From assembly GCA_963692865.2 (NCBI GenBank), contig OY843592.1, positions 1,856,001 through 1,920,000 on the forward strand: DNA of 64,000 nucleotides, read 5' to 3'. Of this stretch, positions 1 through 9,354 are shown in pieces. The DNA comes from a bacterium (GTDB taxonomy: Bacteria; UBA8248). Both the position numbers and the translations under genes were made by a program. Positions within the stretch are counted from its first letter, which is position 1, and the number at the start of each line of letters is the position of its first letter. Under the pieces are notes generated by a model that had not been told where the DNA came from, ran no database searches, and saw nothing but the letters and a program-made list of their open reading frames with translations.

Positions 1-300
1 GGTGAACATGGTGGCCTGAATGCCCACGAGGTTGAAGCGCTCGACGAGCATGGCCTCTATGGCTCCCAGCACCACGGGCAGGTATTCGGGCTTACACCCC
101 GCCATCAGCGCGTGAAGAGCGACGTTCTCCACCGTCGCCGTGTTCAGCGAGGGGGGGACGTCCCCCAGCACTTCGGCAGGGTCCCGGCCCGTGCCGCCCA
201 GCATCCGGGCGAGGCGCTCCGGCGTGGGCGTCACCACGGGCAGCCCGTCCGACCATGGCATCTCGAAGAAAAACTCGAATGGGTCTTGCGCTTCGTTCAT
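1..300 (-). CDS. Conserved hypothetical protein, 3'-truncated by the window edge; family usually found beside UGSC-type thioredoxin-like proteins
   Basis: Not in the ORF track. Manual translation from ATG at 300: MNEAQDPFEFFFEMPWSDGLPVVTPTPERL...ALMAGCKPEYLPVVLGA..., open to position 1, with an AAGGA RBS upstream. The WSDGLPV and MAGCxPEY motifs were recognised from memory. Confidence 0.7.
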   Translation of the reverse strand, partial: MNEAQDPFEFFFEMPWSDGLPVVTPTPERLARMLGGTGRDPAEVLGDVPPSLNTATVENVALHALMAGCKPEYLPVVLGAIEAMLVERFNLVGIQATMFT

Positions 301-315
301 CGTGTGTCCTTACTG

Positions 316-507
316 GGGGCTGTTGAAAAAGTCCCTTTTGGGCCGGATTGCCAATTGGCGTGTAGGGGCCGCATATATGCGGCCCACATGCCGCGAACCG
401 GTCGGGTCGCATATATGTCGGACATATATGTCCGACCTGCAAAATCAACTCCATTTGCCACACCCTTCGCGTCAAATGCGATCGTATTGGGGTTTTTCAA
501 CAACCCC
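316..507. mobile_element. MITE-like element with TIRs, carrying GTAG-REP palindromes
   Basis: Left end GGGGCTGTTGAAAAA, right end TTTTTCAACAACCCC. Flanks TACTG/TACAG (4/5 match). Interior has GTAGGGGCCGCATATATGCGGCCC and GGTCGCATATATGTCGGACATATATGTCCGACC. Confidence 0.7.
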
Positions 508-1454
508 TACAGGGTGAGATTGTAGAACTTTCTCGCGTTCTCGAACGACACCTTGCGGATCGCTTCATCTGGGAGCCCTGCGTTTCGCATGGCGCGCAGC
601 GTCTTGGGCACCGAGAGGATGTCGATGGGCCGGTATCCCAGGTGGTCGGAGTTCAGCATGATCCTGTCCGGCCCGAACTTCTCCACCCATTCGATGACCT
701 GCGCGGGCTGGAGCGGCCTGAGCGCGCTGCCGATGCTGATGGCGCACATGGCGCGCGTATGCTCGTGGATGTGCCCGACCGTCGTGGCGTCGGTGTGATC
801 GACGGCGACTTTGGCTTCATCGAAACCGGTCGTGCGGATGATTTCGAGGTCCTTCTGCATGTAGTGGAGCCGGATCTGCTCGGGCGGCACGCCCGCCTGA
901 ACGGCGACGTCGCCGAGAAAATCCTTGCTCTTCTTGGGCGTCGGCGTATGTAGGATGATGGGCTTGTCGTATTTTTTCGCGAGTTCCGCCTGCGCTTCGA
1001 GACATGCGGCCTGTTCTTCCATCGGCCAGGTGAGGGAGAAATACTGCGTGGGGTCAAGGCCGATCTCGCCCAGGGCGACGACGCTTTCGTCTTCGAGAAA
1101 AGCAGGCATCTCCTCGATCAGCTTTTCCCAGTCGCTCACCCGCGTCATCGAGCTGATGCCGACCGCGCAGCTGATTTGAATGAAGTGCTGCGCCTCGAGA
1201 GCCCGGGCCATGTCGATGGGCCCCTCCCAGAAGCGCATGATGTCGTCGTAACCGGGCGCTTCCTCCCATACCTCGCGGTAGAGATGCGGGTTGCCGCAGG
1301 AGAGCACCGCCGCGCGCATGCCCGTCGTGCCGAGCAGTTCCCACTCGTCCCAGTTCAGGGCGTGCATGTGGTTGTGGCTGTCGATGTATTCGCCGAACAC
1401 CGGAACCTCTCCGCAGATTGGATGATTGAAGAGGCAACCTATCCGCATGGACAC
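507..1454 (-). CDS. TatD-family (amidohydrolase superfamily) metallohydrolase
   Basis: IDSHNHMH, ALGEIGLD, PIILHTP, VDH and NSD motifs. Start may be the ATG at 1448. Confidence 0.8.
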   Translation of the reverse strand: MSMRIGCLFNHPICGEVPVFGEYIDSHNHMHALNWDEWELLGTTGMRAAVLSCGNPHLYREVWEEAPGYDDIMRFWEGPIDMARALEAQHFIQISCAVGISSMTRVSDWEKLIEEMPAFLEDESVVALGEIGLDPTQYFSLTWPMEEQAACLEAQAELAKKYDKPIILHTPTPKKSKDFLGDVAVQAGVPPEQIRLHYMQKDLEIIRTTGFDEAKVAVDHTDATTVGHIHEHTRAMCAISIGSALRPLQPAQVIEWVEKFGPDRIMLNSDHLGYRPIDILSVPKTLRAMRNAGLPDEAIRKVSFENARKFYNLTL

Positions 1455-1562
1455 CGGCGGTCAAGAGGGAGGGTGAAAACAGGGTGCGGCGGGCCGGGGA
1501 GAACTCCCATAAACCAAACACCGGAGACGCCTGTCCCCGGCATTGGTGGGTTTCTGATTTTC

Positions 1563-1638
1563 TGGTGCGCGTGGCAGGAGTCGAACCTGCGACTTCCTGC
1601 TCCGGAGGCAGGCGCTCTATCCTCTGAGCTACACGCGC
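1563..1638 (-). tRNA. tRNA-Arg(CCG)
   Basis: Reverse complement GCGCGTGTAGCTCAGAGGATAGAGCGCCTGCCTCCGGAGCAGGAAGTCGCAGGTTCGACTCCTGCCACGCGCACCA: 76 nt, anticodon stem CCTGC/GCAGG around CCG, TTCGA T-loop, encoded CCA. Confidence 0.97.
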
Positions 1639-1668
1639 ATATTCATCAACTGCTATTGAGCCTCACCC

Positions 1669-1908
1669 CTAAATCATGGAGTGCGTGCCGTCGCACATGG
1701 GCGCGTTGCCCGTCTGCTTGCAGCCGCAAAAGGCGCAAGGTTTGCCCGCCTGTACGTCGAGGACGATGGGGCGGAATTCCGAACCCCTGTGCGAGCCGTC
1801 ACAAAAAGGCTGCGATTGGCTCATGCCGCACGCGCACCAGGCGACTTTCTCGTCCTTTTCCGGTTTATAGATATAGGGCGCTTTCTGGGCCACTTGGGGT
1901 TCGGCCAT
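1669..1908 (-). CDS. Tandem CDGSH iron-sulfur domain protein
   Basis: CACGMSQSQPFCDGSH and CGCKQTGNAPMCDGTH. ATG at 1908 follows an AAGGAG RBS. Confidence 0.9.
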   Translation of the reverse strand: MAEPQVAQKAPYIYKPEKDEKVAWCACGMSQSQPFCDGSHRGSEFRPIVLDVQAGKPCAFCGCKQTGNAPMCDGTHSMI

Positions 1909-1995
1909 GGTGGTCTCCTTTCTCCCCGCAAGGTAGGCGATATGATTTCGATTCGCTATTCTAGTCTGAATCATCGTCCATGAAAAGGAAGCCCG

Positions 1996-2637
1996 ATGCC
2001 CGCATCCACGCCCGCGCGTCTTCTTCGCATACTGGAGCAGACCTATCCCGACGCGCGCTGCGCGCTCGACTATCGGAATCCGCTCGAATTATTGATCGCG
2101 ACGATGCTCTCCGCCCAGTGCACCGACGAGCGGGTGAACATGGTCACCCCCGCCCTTTTCGCCCGCTATCCCGACGCCGCCTCGTTTGCGGAGGCTGCGC
2201 CCGCAGAGTTGGAAGAGTTGATCCACTCCTGCGGCTTCTACCGCCAGAAGGCCAAGTCCATACGCGCGTGCTGCCGCCGCCTCGTGGAGGAATACGGCGG
2301 CGAGGTGCCCGCCGGGATGGAGCACCTGGTGACGCTGCCCGGCGTAGGGCGCAAGACGGCCAACGTCGTCTTGAATGAGGTCTTCGGCGAGCCGGCCATC
2401 GCCGTGGATACGCACGTTCTGCGCACCGCGAACCGGCTGGGCTGGATATCAACGCGCGACCCGGTGAAGGCCGAGTTTCAGCTTCTGGACGCCGTTCCGA
2501 AGAAATGGCGGGGGCGCGTCACGCTTCTCCTGATCCACCACGGCAGAAACTGCTGTTCGGCGAGAAAGCCCCTTTGCTCGGATTGTCCGGTCCTGAAAGG
2601 CTGTCCGCATGGACGGGAGGCGCTTTCGGGCGGTTGA
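1996..2637 (+). CDS. nth: Endonuclease III
   Basis: LSAQCTDERVN, HhH motif LPGVGRKTANVV, VDTHV, C-terminal C-x6-C-x2-C-x5-C Fe-S motif. Confidence 0.95.
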   Translation: MPASTPARLLRILEQTYPDARCALDYRNPLELLIATMLSAQCTDERVNMVTPALFARYPDAASFAEAAPAELEELIHSCGFYRQKAKSIRACCRRLVEEYGGEVPAGMEHLVTLPGVGRKTANVVLNEVFGEPAIAVDTHVLRTANRLGWISTRDPVKAEFQLLDAVPKKWRGRVTLLLIHHGRNCCSARKPLCSDCPVLKGCPHGREALSGG

Positions 2638-2744
2638 TTTTCGGGAATATGCGCATTCGACTGGACAATTCAAATTCCCTGTCCTTATAATCGCCTATCT
2701 TTTCATCCGCTTTCGAGGCTTGGCCCGCAATCCGGAGGTTATCC

Positions 2745-3743
2745 ATGGCCAATGGCGCAGCCGTCGGCACCGACACGATTTTGGAACTGAGAGACCTGCA
2801 CACCTACTTCCATACCCCCGAAGGCACGGTGCGCGCCGTGGACGGCGTGAGCTACAGCCTGAAGGCGGGCGAGACGCTCGGCGTCGTGGGGGAGTCGGGG
2901 TGCGGCAAGACGGTGACGGCGCTTTCGGTGCTTCGCCTCGTCCCCGAGCCGCCGGGCGAGATATTCGGCGACGGCATCTTTTTCGAGGGCCGCGACCTGA
3001 CGAAGCTCGACACCAAGGAGTTGCGCGAGATACGGGGCAACCACATCTCCATGATCTTCCAGGAGCCGATGACGAGCCTGAACCCGGTGTTCACCGTCGG
3101 CTTCCAGATCGCGGAAGCCGTCATGCTCCACCAGGGCATGTCGAAAAAAGACGCGATGGACAAGGCCGCCGAGATGCTCGACCTGGTCGGCATCCCCCTG
3201 CCGCGCCAGCGGGTGCGGGAATACCCCCACCAGCTTTCGGGCGGCATGCGGCAGCGCGCGATGATCGCCATGGCGCTCTCGTGCAACCCGAAAATCCTCC
3301 TGGCCGATGAGCCGACCACAGCGCTCGACGTGACCATCCAGGCGCAGATTCTCGACCTCATGGTGAAGCTGCAGGAGGAACTCGGCACGGCGGTCATCCT
3401 CATCACGCACGATCTGGGCCTCGTGGCCGAGACGTGCAAGCGCGTGGTCGTCATGTACGCCGGCAAGGTGGTCGAGGAGGCGCCGACGGAGGAGATATTC
3501 GGCAACCCGCTCCACCCCTACACCCGGGGCCTGCTCAATTCGATTCCCAAGCTCAACACCTCCAAGCCGGGCGAAAAAATCCGTCTGGAGGAGATCAAGG
3601 GCATCGTGCCCAGCCTGAACCGCCTGCCGACGGGTTGCAGCTTCAACCCGAGGTGCCCGGAGGTGAAGTCGATGTGCCTGGAGCACGAACCCGAACTCAA
3701 AGAGGTATCCCCCGGACACTTCGTCCGCTGCCTGCTGTATTAG
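2745..3743 (+). CDS. Oligopeptide/dipeptide ABC transporter ATP-binding subunit (OppD/DppD-like), standing alone
   Basis: [36 protein letters not shown] and C-terminal Cys motif. Confidence 0.92.
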   Translation: MANGAAVGTDTILELRDLHTYFHTPEGTVRAVDGVSYSLKAGETLGVVGESGCGKTVTALSVLRLVPEPPGEIFGDGIFFEGRDLTKLDTKELREIRGNHISMIFQEPMTSLNPVFTVGFQIAEAVMLHQGMSKKDAMDKAAEMLDLVGIPLPRQRVREYPHQLSGGMRQRAMIAMALSCNPKILLADEPTTALDVTIQAQILDLMVKLQEELGTAVILITHDLGLVAETCKRVVVMYAGKVVEEAPTEEIFGNPLHPYTRGLLNSIPKLNTSKPGEKIRLEEIKGIVPSLNRLPTGCSFNPRCPEVKSMCLEHEPELKEVSPGHFVRCLLY

Positions 3744-3972
3744 CGCTTCCCCGTATCGAGGCCGCCCGGAATCATTTTCTCTCCTCCTCTTGGAGAAAAT
3801 GTGGATTTTGGGATATAGTCGCCTTTTTGCGGGCGTGGTTCTACGCACTGATTGATCTGATTTTGAATTCGCACGCGCGTGGCCGACGGCGAGCTTCCCC
3901 AACGCTGGGACTGGTTTTGGATCCGCCTCTCAAGGCCGCAGCGAGTGCAAATGCAGGAAAGGAAACACATAT

Positions 3973-5118
3973 ATGTCGCCGATTCGCATCGCCATCGCTG
4001 GCGTGGGGAACTGCGCGAGTTCCCTGCTCCAGGGCATCGAGTATTATCGCCACCATCCCGAGGAAGAATCGGGCCTCATGCACCGGGATCTGGGCGGCTA
4101 CGGGCCGGAGGACATTGAGGTCGCGGCGGCTTTCGACATCGACGTCCGCAAGGTGGGCCAGCCCCTGCACATGGCTGCCTTCGCCAAGCCCAACTGCACG
4201 AAGACCATCTGGGAGAATCTGCCCGACTACGGCGTAAACGTGCGGATGGGGCCCATCCTCGACGGCGTGGCGTCCCACATGGCGGAATACGCTTCGGATC
4301 GCTCTTTTCTGCCCGCCGAGGCCGAACCCTGCGACGTGGCGGCGGAGCTTCGCGAGAGCGGTGCTGAAATTTTATTGAACTTCATGCCGGTGGGTTCGGA
4401 GCAGGCGGCGCGCCATTACGCGGAAGCCGCGCTCGCGGCGGGCGTTTCCTTCATCAACTGCATGCCGGTCTTCATCGTCTCGGACCCCGAATGGGCGGGC
4501 CGCTTCACCCAGGCGGGTATTCCCGTGGTGGGAGACGACGTGAAGGCCCAGCTCGGTGCCACCATCCTGCACCGAACGCTCGCCAAACTGTGCGCGGACA
4601 GGGGCGTGAAGCTAAAGCGCACCTACCAGTTGAACACGGGCGGAAACACGGATTTCCTGAACATGCTGGAGCGCTCGCGCCTGAAATCGAAGAAAATCTC
4701 GAAAACGGACGCCGTTCAAAGCCAGTTGCCCGAACCTCTCGATTCGGACGACATCCACATCGGCCCTTCGGACTACGTGCCCTGGCAGGACGACAACAAG
4801 ATATGCTTTTTGAGAATCGAGGCGGAGGGCTTCGGCGGCGTGCCGCTCGAAATCGAGGCGCGCCTCTCGGTGGAGGATTCCCCCAACTCGGGCGGCGTCG
4901 TCATCGACGCGATTCGCCTCGCGCGCATCGCGCGCGACAGGGGCGAGGCGGGACCGCTCTACCCGGTGAGCGCCTACCTGATGAAGCACCCCCCCGTTCA
5001 GGTGCCCGATTCCGTCTCGCATATGATGATCGACGAGTTCATCGCGGGCGACCTGCGCGCGAGCGACCAGGTCGAGTTCAACGGAAACGGCCTGCCTGCG
5101 CGCTACGACCATAAATAA
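3973..5118 (+). CDS. ino1: myo-inositol-1-phosphate synthase
   Basis: GVGNCASS, GDDVKAQLGAT, YQLNTGGNTDFLNM, SKKISKT, EDSPNSGG. Confidence 0.93.
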   Translation: MSPIRIAIAGVGNCASSLLQGIEYYRHHPEEESGLMHRDLGGYGPEDIEVAAAFDIDVRKVGQPLHMAAFAKPNCTKTIWENLPDYGVNVRMGPILDGVASHMAEYASDRSFLPAEAEPCDVAAELRESGAEILLNFMPVGSEQAARHYAEAALAAGVSFINCMPVFIVSDPEWAGRFTQAGIPVVGDDVKAQLGATILHRTLAKLCADRGVKLKRTYQLNTGGNTDFLNMLERSRLKSKKISKTDAVQSQLPEPLDSDDIHIGPSDYVPWQDDNKICFLRIEAEGFGGVPLEIEARLSVEDSPNSGGVVIDAIRLARIARDRGEAGPLYPVSAYLMKHPPVQVPDSVSHMMIDEFIAGDLRASDQVEFNGNGLPARYDHK

Positions 5119-5138
5119 CGCCTACGCATCGAAGTAAT

Positions 5139-5169
5139 AAACCCCCGGGTTTGACGCCCGGGGGTTTTT
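5139..5169. terminator. Probable bidirectional rho-independent terminator
   Basis: AAACCCCCGGG-loop-CCCGGGGGTTTTT between convergent ino1 and the VOC gene. Confidence 0.75.
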
Positions 5170-5188
5170 GTTTGACTTGGCGCGCGCA

Positions 5189-5599
5189 TCATCCCCCGCC
5201 GTAGGTTTCTCCCGCGCGTTCCGAGAGTTCGATACGCACGTCCTCGGGGCCGCGTATATAGGCCGTCGTCCTGCCGCCCATGCCCGAAGGCGATGGGTCG
5301 CGGATGAAGTCGGCTCCCGCTTCTTTCATCCGCGCGGCGAGGCCGTGTATGTCGTCCACGGCGAAGGAGAAGTGATCCAGGCCCATCACGGCGTCCGCGT
5401 GGTTCTCGCCGATGCGCTCGCCGGGCCGCACCCCTCTTAAGAAAAGCCTGGCCTCCCCGACGCGCACGACGGCGTTGGGCGCGCCGTGGAAATTATCTTC
5501 GCGGTAGATGACCTCGCCGCCGAATATCTTTTCGAAATAGGCGGCCATCCCCTCCAGGTCCCTGCAGATGATGTGCACGTGATCGAACGATAAGCGCAT
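5189..5599 (-). CDS. VOC/glyoxalase family protein
   Basis: FDHVHI, GLDHFSFAVDD, YIRGPEDVRIEL. Confidence 0.85.
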   Translation of the reverse strand: MRLSFDHVHIICRDLEGMAAYFEKIFGGEVIYREDNFHGAPNAVVRVGEARLFLRGVRPGERIGENHADAVMGLDHFSFAVDDIHGLAARMKEAGADFIRDPSPSGMGGRTTAYIRGPEDVRIELSERAGETYGGG

Positions 5600-5717
5600 T
5601 TGCTCCCCCTTTGCATGAACGGCGGAAACATGTCTGTAGATACGAGGCCAATGTCGCCCGTCCGGGGGCGTGTGGTCAATCGCTCCCGTCGTGTAGAATG
5701 ATGCGTCTCAAGAGGAG

Positions 5718-6626
5718 GTGCGCATGGCCGGAACCCGGAAAGTACCCACGATCTGGAAGACGGGGCTTCAGCGGGTGGCGCGCGGCGTCTACGCCTACAT
5801 TCAGGCGGGCGGGCTGAACGTCTCGAACGCTGGGCTCATCGTGGGGGGCGATGAGGCGCTCGTCGTCGACGCGCTCTACGTGCGGCCCATGACGCAGGCC
5901 TTTCAGGAGTCCATCCGGAGGGCTACCGGAAAACCCGTGCGCAAGATCGTCTGCACACATCACCACGCGGATCACACCCTGGGGCTCGTCTGGTTCGGGC
6001 GGGACATCCCCGTCATCGCGCACCGCTGCATGCGTGAGCGGATGATCGAGACGGGCCTCGACCTCGCGCACTACAGGAGCGTGAACCCCGAATACGCGGG
6101 CGAACTCAAAAGGCTTAAGCCACGCTTTCCCGACGTAACTTATGAGGGCGGCATGACGCTGCGCCTCGGCAAGCGCGTCGTGGAACTCCATCACCTGGGC
6201 CACGCGCACTCGAAGGGCGACACCATCGTCTACCTGCCCGAGGAGCGCGTCCTCTTCACCGGCGACATCTGCTTCCACTACGTGACGCCCGCCACCTTCG
6301 ACGCCCACGTCGGCGGGTGGATACGGATAGCGGAGAAGATTCTCAAAACTTTTCCCGTAGAGACCATCGTTCCGGGCCACGGGCCGCCGGGCGATAAGAG
6401 CGCGCTCGAAAAAACCTTAGGATATTTGAAGCTAGTCCGCAGAGAGGCTCGAAAGCGATTCAAGAAAGGAATGCCGCCCAGGCGCGCCGCGCGCGAGATT
6501 CCGCTGGGCGAGTATGCCGACTGGATGAAGCCCGACCGCGTGGAGCAGGCCGTGATGAAGCTCTACAACGAGTTCAAAGGCCGTGGCGAGCAGGGAATAT
6601 CGCTCCACGACGCCCGGGGAGGGTAA
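5718..6626 (+). CDS. MBL-fold metallo-hydrolase (cyclase-like)
   Basis: THHHADHTLG, AHSKGD, FTGD, VPGHG. Confidence 0.88.
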   Translation: MRMAGTRKVPTIWKTGLQRVARGVYAYIQAGGLNVSNAGLIVGGDEALVVDALYVRPMTQAFQESIRRATGKPVRKIVCTHHHADHTLGLVWFGRDIPVIAHRCMRERMIETGLDLAHYRSVNPEYAGELKRLKPRFPDVTYEGGMTLRLGKRVVELHHLGHAHSKGDTIVYLPEERVLFTGDICFHYVTPATFDAHVGGWIRIAEKILKTFPVETIVPGHGPPGDKSALEKTLGYLKLVRREARKRFKKGMPPRRAAREIPLGEYADWMKPDRVEQAVMKLYNEFKGRGEQGISLHDARGG

Positions 6627-6635
6627 GGAGGACGC

Positions 6636-6992
6636 ATGCCCGAGAATTATGACCAGAGACGAAGCCGCTGCATGCTCGATCAATCGTCGAACACGCAAAA
6701 CCCCGTCCATCTCATCCTGAGAAGCCCCTACGCGCTCAAGACCGAATATGGGGATGCCCAGCAGGACGTGCGCGTTCTACTCGATGCCTATAACGCCCTG
6801 GCCGAGCAGGATGAACCCGCCCCCGATGCGCGCGAAGCCCTGGCGCAACAGGCCGATGCGCTGGCCTCTCAATACGCCGCCGCGCACATGTCCGCCCTCG
6901 CCGAACACCTGGGTTTTCTCGCCGAACTATTGCGGGGCTACTACCCCATCCGTCCGGTTGTGGATGCAGCCAGGTTGGAAGAAATCTCATAG
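6636..6992 (+). CDS. Hypothetical protein
   Basis: AGGAGG RBS 10 nt after the previous stop, GC-rich codon usage, no motif recognised. Confidence 0.55.
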   Translation: MPENYDQRRSRCMLDQSSNTQNPVHLILRSPYALKTEYGDAQQDVRVLLDAYNALAEQDEPAPDAREALAQQADALASQYAAAHMSALAEHLGFLAELLRGYYPIRPVVDAARLEEIS

Positions 6993-7194
6993 AGTCTAAA
7001 TAATCGCTACGCCGTGCTTTACATTTCAGGGTTGCAAGACATTTTTATTTTCGCTATTATTATGCTTATCTTTCAGGTTTATTTTCTGCTACTATATTTT
7101 GGGTGTGAATTGCTAAATCCTACAAGATGTGGTAGTCATCATATTGATCACCCAAATGAACGATCTGCCTCGATTCATAAGGCTCTCTAAAACT

Positions 7195-8247
7195 ATGGAT
7201 AACGCCAAAAATTCGATTGCATTCCAGCAATATCATGAAACTGAGAAGGGAAAAATTATATTGGGGGACTCGTCTGCGTTTTTGGCACTTTGCGAGGAAA
7301 ATTCCGTCAACCTCATAATGACAAGTCCTCCTTTTGGCTTGGTTAGAAAAAAGGACTATGGAAATGTACATGCCGATGACTATATAGATTGGTTCAAACC
7401 TTTCGCGGAGCATTTCAAGCGGGTTTTAAGGGATGATGGCAGCTTGGTGATTGATATCGGAGGCGCCTGGAATCAGGGGCAACCGACGAGGCATCTTTAT
7501 CATTTCAAGTTATTGATCATGCTTTGCGAAGAATACGGATTTCATTTGGCGCAAGATTTTTACTGGTGGAATCCATCGAAGTTGCCTACACCGGCAGAGT
7601 GGGTAACTGTAAGAAGAATCAGGGTCAAGGATAGCATCAACACCGTCTGGTGGTTGTCGAAAACTCCTTGGCCGAAGGCCAGTAATCGTAGAGTTCTCCA
7701 GCCATACAGCGAAAGCATGAAAGAGCTGTTAGAAAAGGGCTACAAACCCAAAGCTCGGCCATCGGGTCATGACATTAGTGAGAAATTCAGTGTTGATAAT
7801 GGGGCGGCGATTCCCCCTAATTTGCTTGCCGTTCCTAATACGGAAAGCAATAGCTTTTATTTGCGATATTGCCAGTCAAAAGGGTTGAAACCCAATCCCG
7901 CTAGATACCCCGCAGAAATTCCGGAATATTTTGTCCGTATGCTGACTGATAAAGAGGATTTGGTATTGGATCCGTTCGCCGGAAGTTGCGTTACCGGTGA
8001 AGTATGTGAGCGACTGGAGAGAAAGTGGATATGTGTCGAACTCGTTGAAGAATATCTTGAAGGCGCAATCGGACGATTCGGGAGTTCTTCCGAAATGAAT
8101 ATGACTAACAAGCACACAAAGGCCTCCTCGAATTATTATAGAATTCCTAAACCCGGTTCTTTATGGAATGGCGCGCCAAACGATGTACTGCCTTCCGATG
8201 GTGGAAGAAAAAGGCCGAACAAAAAATTACAAGAAATAGATGGCTAG
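7195..8247 (+). CDS. Site-specific DNA methyltransferase, beta class (probably N4-cytosine)
   Basis: Motif IV TSPPF precedes motif I DPFAGSCVTG. AT-rich. The ORF is open from 7129; the start is uncertain. Confidence 0.88.
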   Translation: MDNAKNSIAFQQYHETEKGKIILGDSSAFLALCEENSVNLIMTSPPFGLVRKKDYGNVHADDYIDWFKPFAEHFKRVLRDDGSLVIDIGGAWNQGQPTRHLYHFKLLIMLCEEYGFHLAQDFYWWNPSKLPTPAEWVTVRRIRVKDSINTVWWLSKTPWPKASNRRVLQPYSESMKELLEKGYKPKARPSGHDISEKFSVDNGAAIPPNLLAVPNTESNSFYLRYCQSKGLKPNPARYPAEIPEYFVRMLTDKEDLVLDPFAGSCVTGEVCERLERKWICVELVEEYLEGAIGRFGSSSEMNMTNKHTKASSNYYRIPKPGSLWNGAPNDVLPSDGGRKRPNKKLQEIDG

Positions 8248-9238
8248 GCCAAGTAAAAAACAACTGTTGAAACACGTTGAGAATTCTTTTGCTGAAAGTG
8301 GATGGAATTTTTTCTATCTATCAAGCTCCGGCGCTCATCCTGCACGATTCCATATCTATCGAAACAATCAGAGATTCATGGTTCGAGTTTACATCTGGAA
8401 CCTTACACATGGGGGTGGAGCGGCTCGCCCTGAAGATGAATACAGAATCCAAATCACGGGATTTGATCATTTCGAACCGGAGCCGGAAGGCGTAACACTG
8501 ATACTCGGTTGGTGGGACGACGCAGGTGTTTTCGCTGGATTCGATTATAGGCGCCATTCTGGAATTTTGGGTTCTTCTCCTTCGATTCAAATTAGAGAAC
8601 TCGCTTTGAGAACGGCGGCCATAAATGGATTTGCGCCGTACAATAAAGGCAGTGGAGAGCTGGCAATCGCATTTCGACCGGATTTTATCGGAGCATATAT
8701 CGAGAACATAGAGCACCTTCATGATTGCGGCAAAACGAACTCTGATAGAGAAATCTTGATGAAAATAGCGAATGAGCCGGACTCCGTTCAAGAAGAAGAA
8801 ATAGAAACAAACGTTACTCGAAAACGCCGATATGCAATTACTTCAACTCGTAGGGCTTTGAGAGATATCAATTTTCGAGATCGCGTATTGACCGCCTACA
8901 AACATCATTGTGCTTTTTGCGGCGTTCAGCTCAAACTACTTGACGGCGCGCACATTGTGCCTGCAAATCACCCTGCAAGTAATGATCTTACGTCGAATGG
9001 AATTGCTTTATGCGTCTTGCATCATCGGGCTTATGATAGGTCTTTAATCACTTTCGATCCTAGTTTTCGAACGAAAATCAATCCCCAAAAGATTCAGGAG
9101 CTGAAAGAGACTGGACATGATGGTGGGCTGAGGGAGTTTTCAAAGAATATTAGACCTGTTTTGATTCTGCCACCCGACAGAAGGGATCGTCCCCGGAAGG
9201 ATTTCGTTCAGAAAGCGAATCGAATACGAGGATGGTGA
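8240..9238 (+). CDS. HNH restriction endonuclease-like protein
   Basis: FRDRVLTAYKHHCAFCG...AHI...NGIALCVLHHRAYD. Overlaps the MTase stop by 8 nt. Confidence 0.85.
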   Translation: MARPSKKQLLKHVENSFAESGWNFFYLSSSGAHPARFHIYRNNQRFMVRVYIWNLTHGGGAARPEDEYRIQITGFDHFEPEPEGVTLILGWWDDAGVFAGFDYRRHSGILGSSPSIQIRELALRTAAINGFAPYNKGSGELAIAFRPDFIGAYIENIEHLHDCGKTNSDREILMKIANEPDSVQEEEIETNVTRKRRYAITSTRRALRDINFRDRVLTAYKHHCAFCGVQLKLLDGAHIVPANHPASNDLTSNGIALCVLHHRAYDRSLITFDPSFRTKINPQKIQELKETGHDGGLREFSKNIRPVLILPPDRRDRPRKDFVQKANRIRGW

Positions 9239-9268
9239 GGTTTCCTCAAATCTGTTCCCCAGCCCCAA

Positions 9269-9302
9269 ACCCCCGGGACATAATGCCCCGGGGGTGTCTT
9301 TT
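9269..9302. terminator. Probable terminator hairpin
   Basis: ACCCCCGGG-ACATAATGC-CCCGGGGGT followed by a T-run, between convergent genes. Same stem as the 5139 hairpin. Confidence 0.6.
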
Positions 9303-9354
9303 GGCTGGACTTTCGTTGCTTCTCTACATCCGTTTACCTGTCTGACTCTTCCCA

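Noticed and set aside
92-525. Short ORFs over repeat clusters (also 38250-38840, 43238-43890, 44676-45058, 50697-51249, 60334-60999)
   Set aside because: They are translations of palindromic repeats (recurring GHICPTY / MSDIY strings), not plausible proteins.
1563-1638. tRNA-Arg as an integration site
   Set aside because: No integrase nearby and no duplicated tRNA 3' end seen in the window.
7048-7070. TTTCGC...ATTATGCTTAT as a dif-like site
   Set aside because: The spacing does not fit the 11-6-11 XerC/XerD layout. More likely AT-rich promoter DNA.
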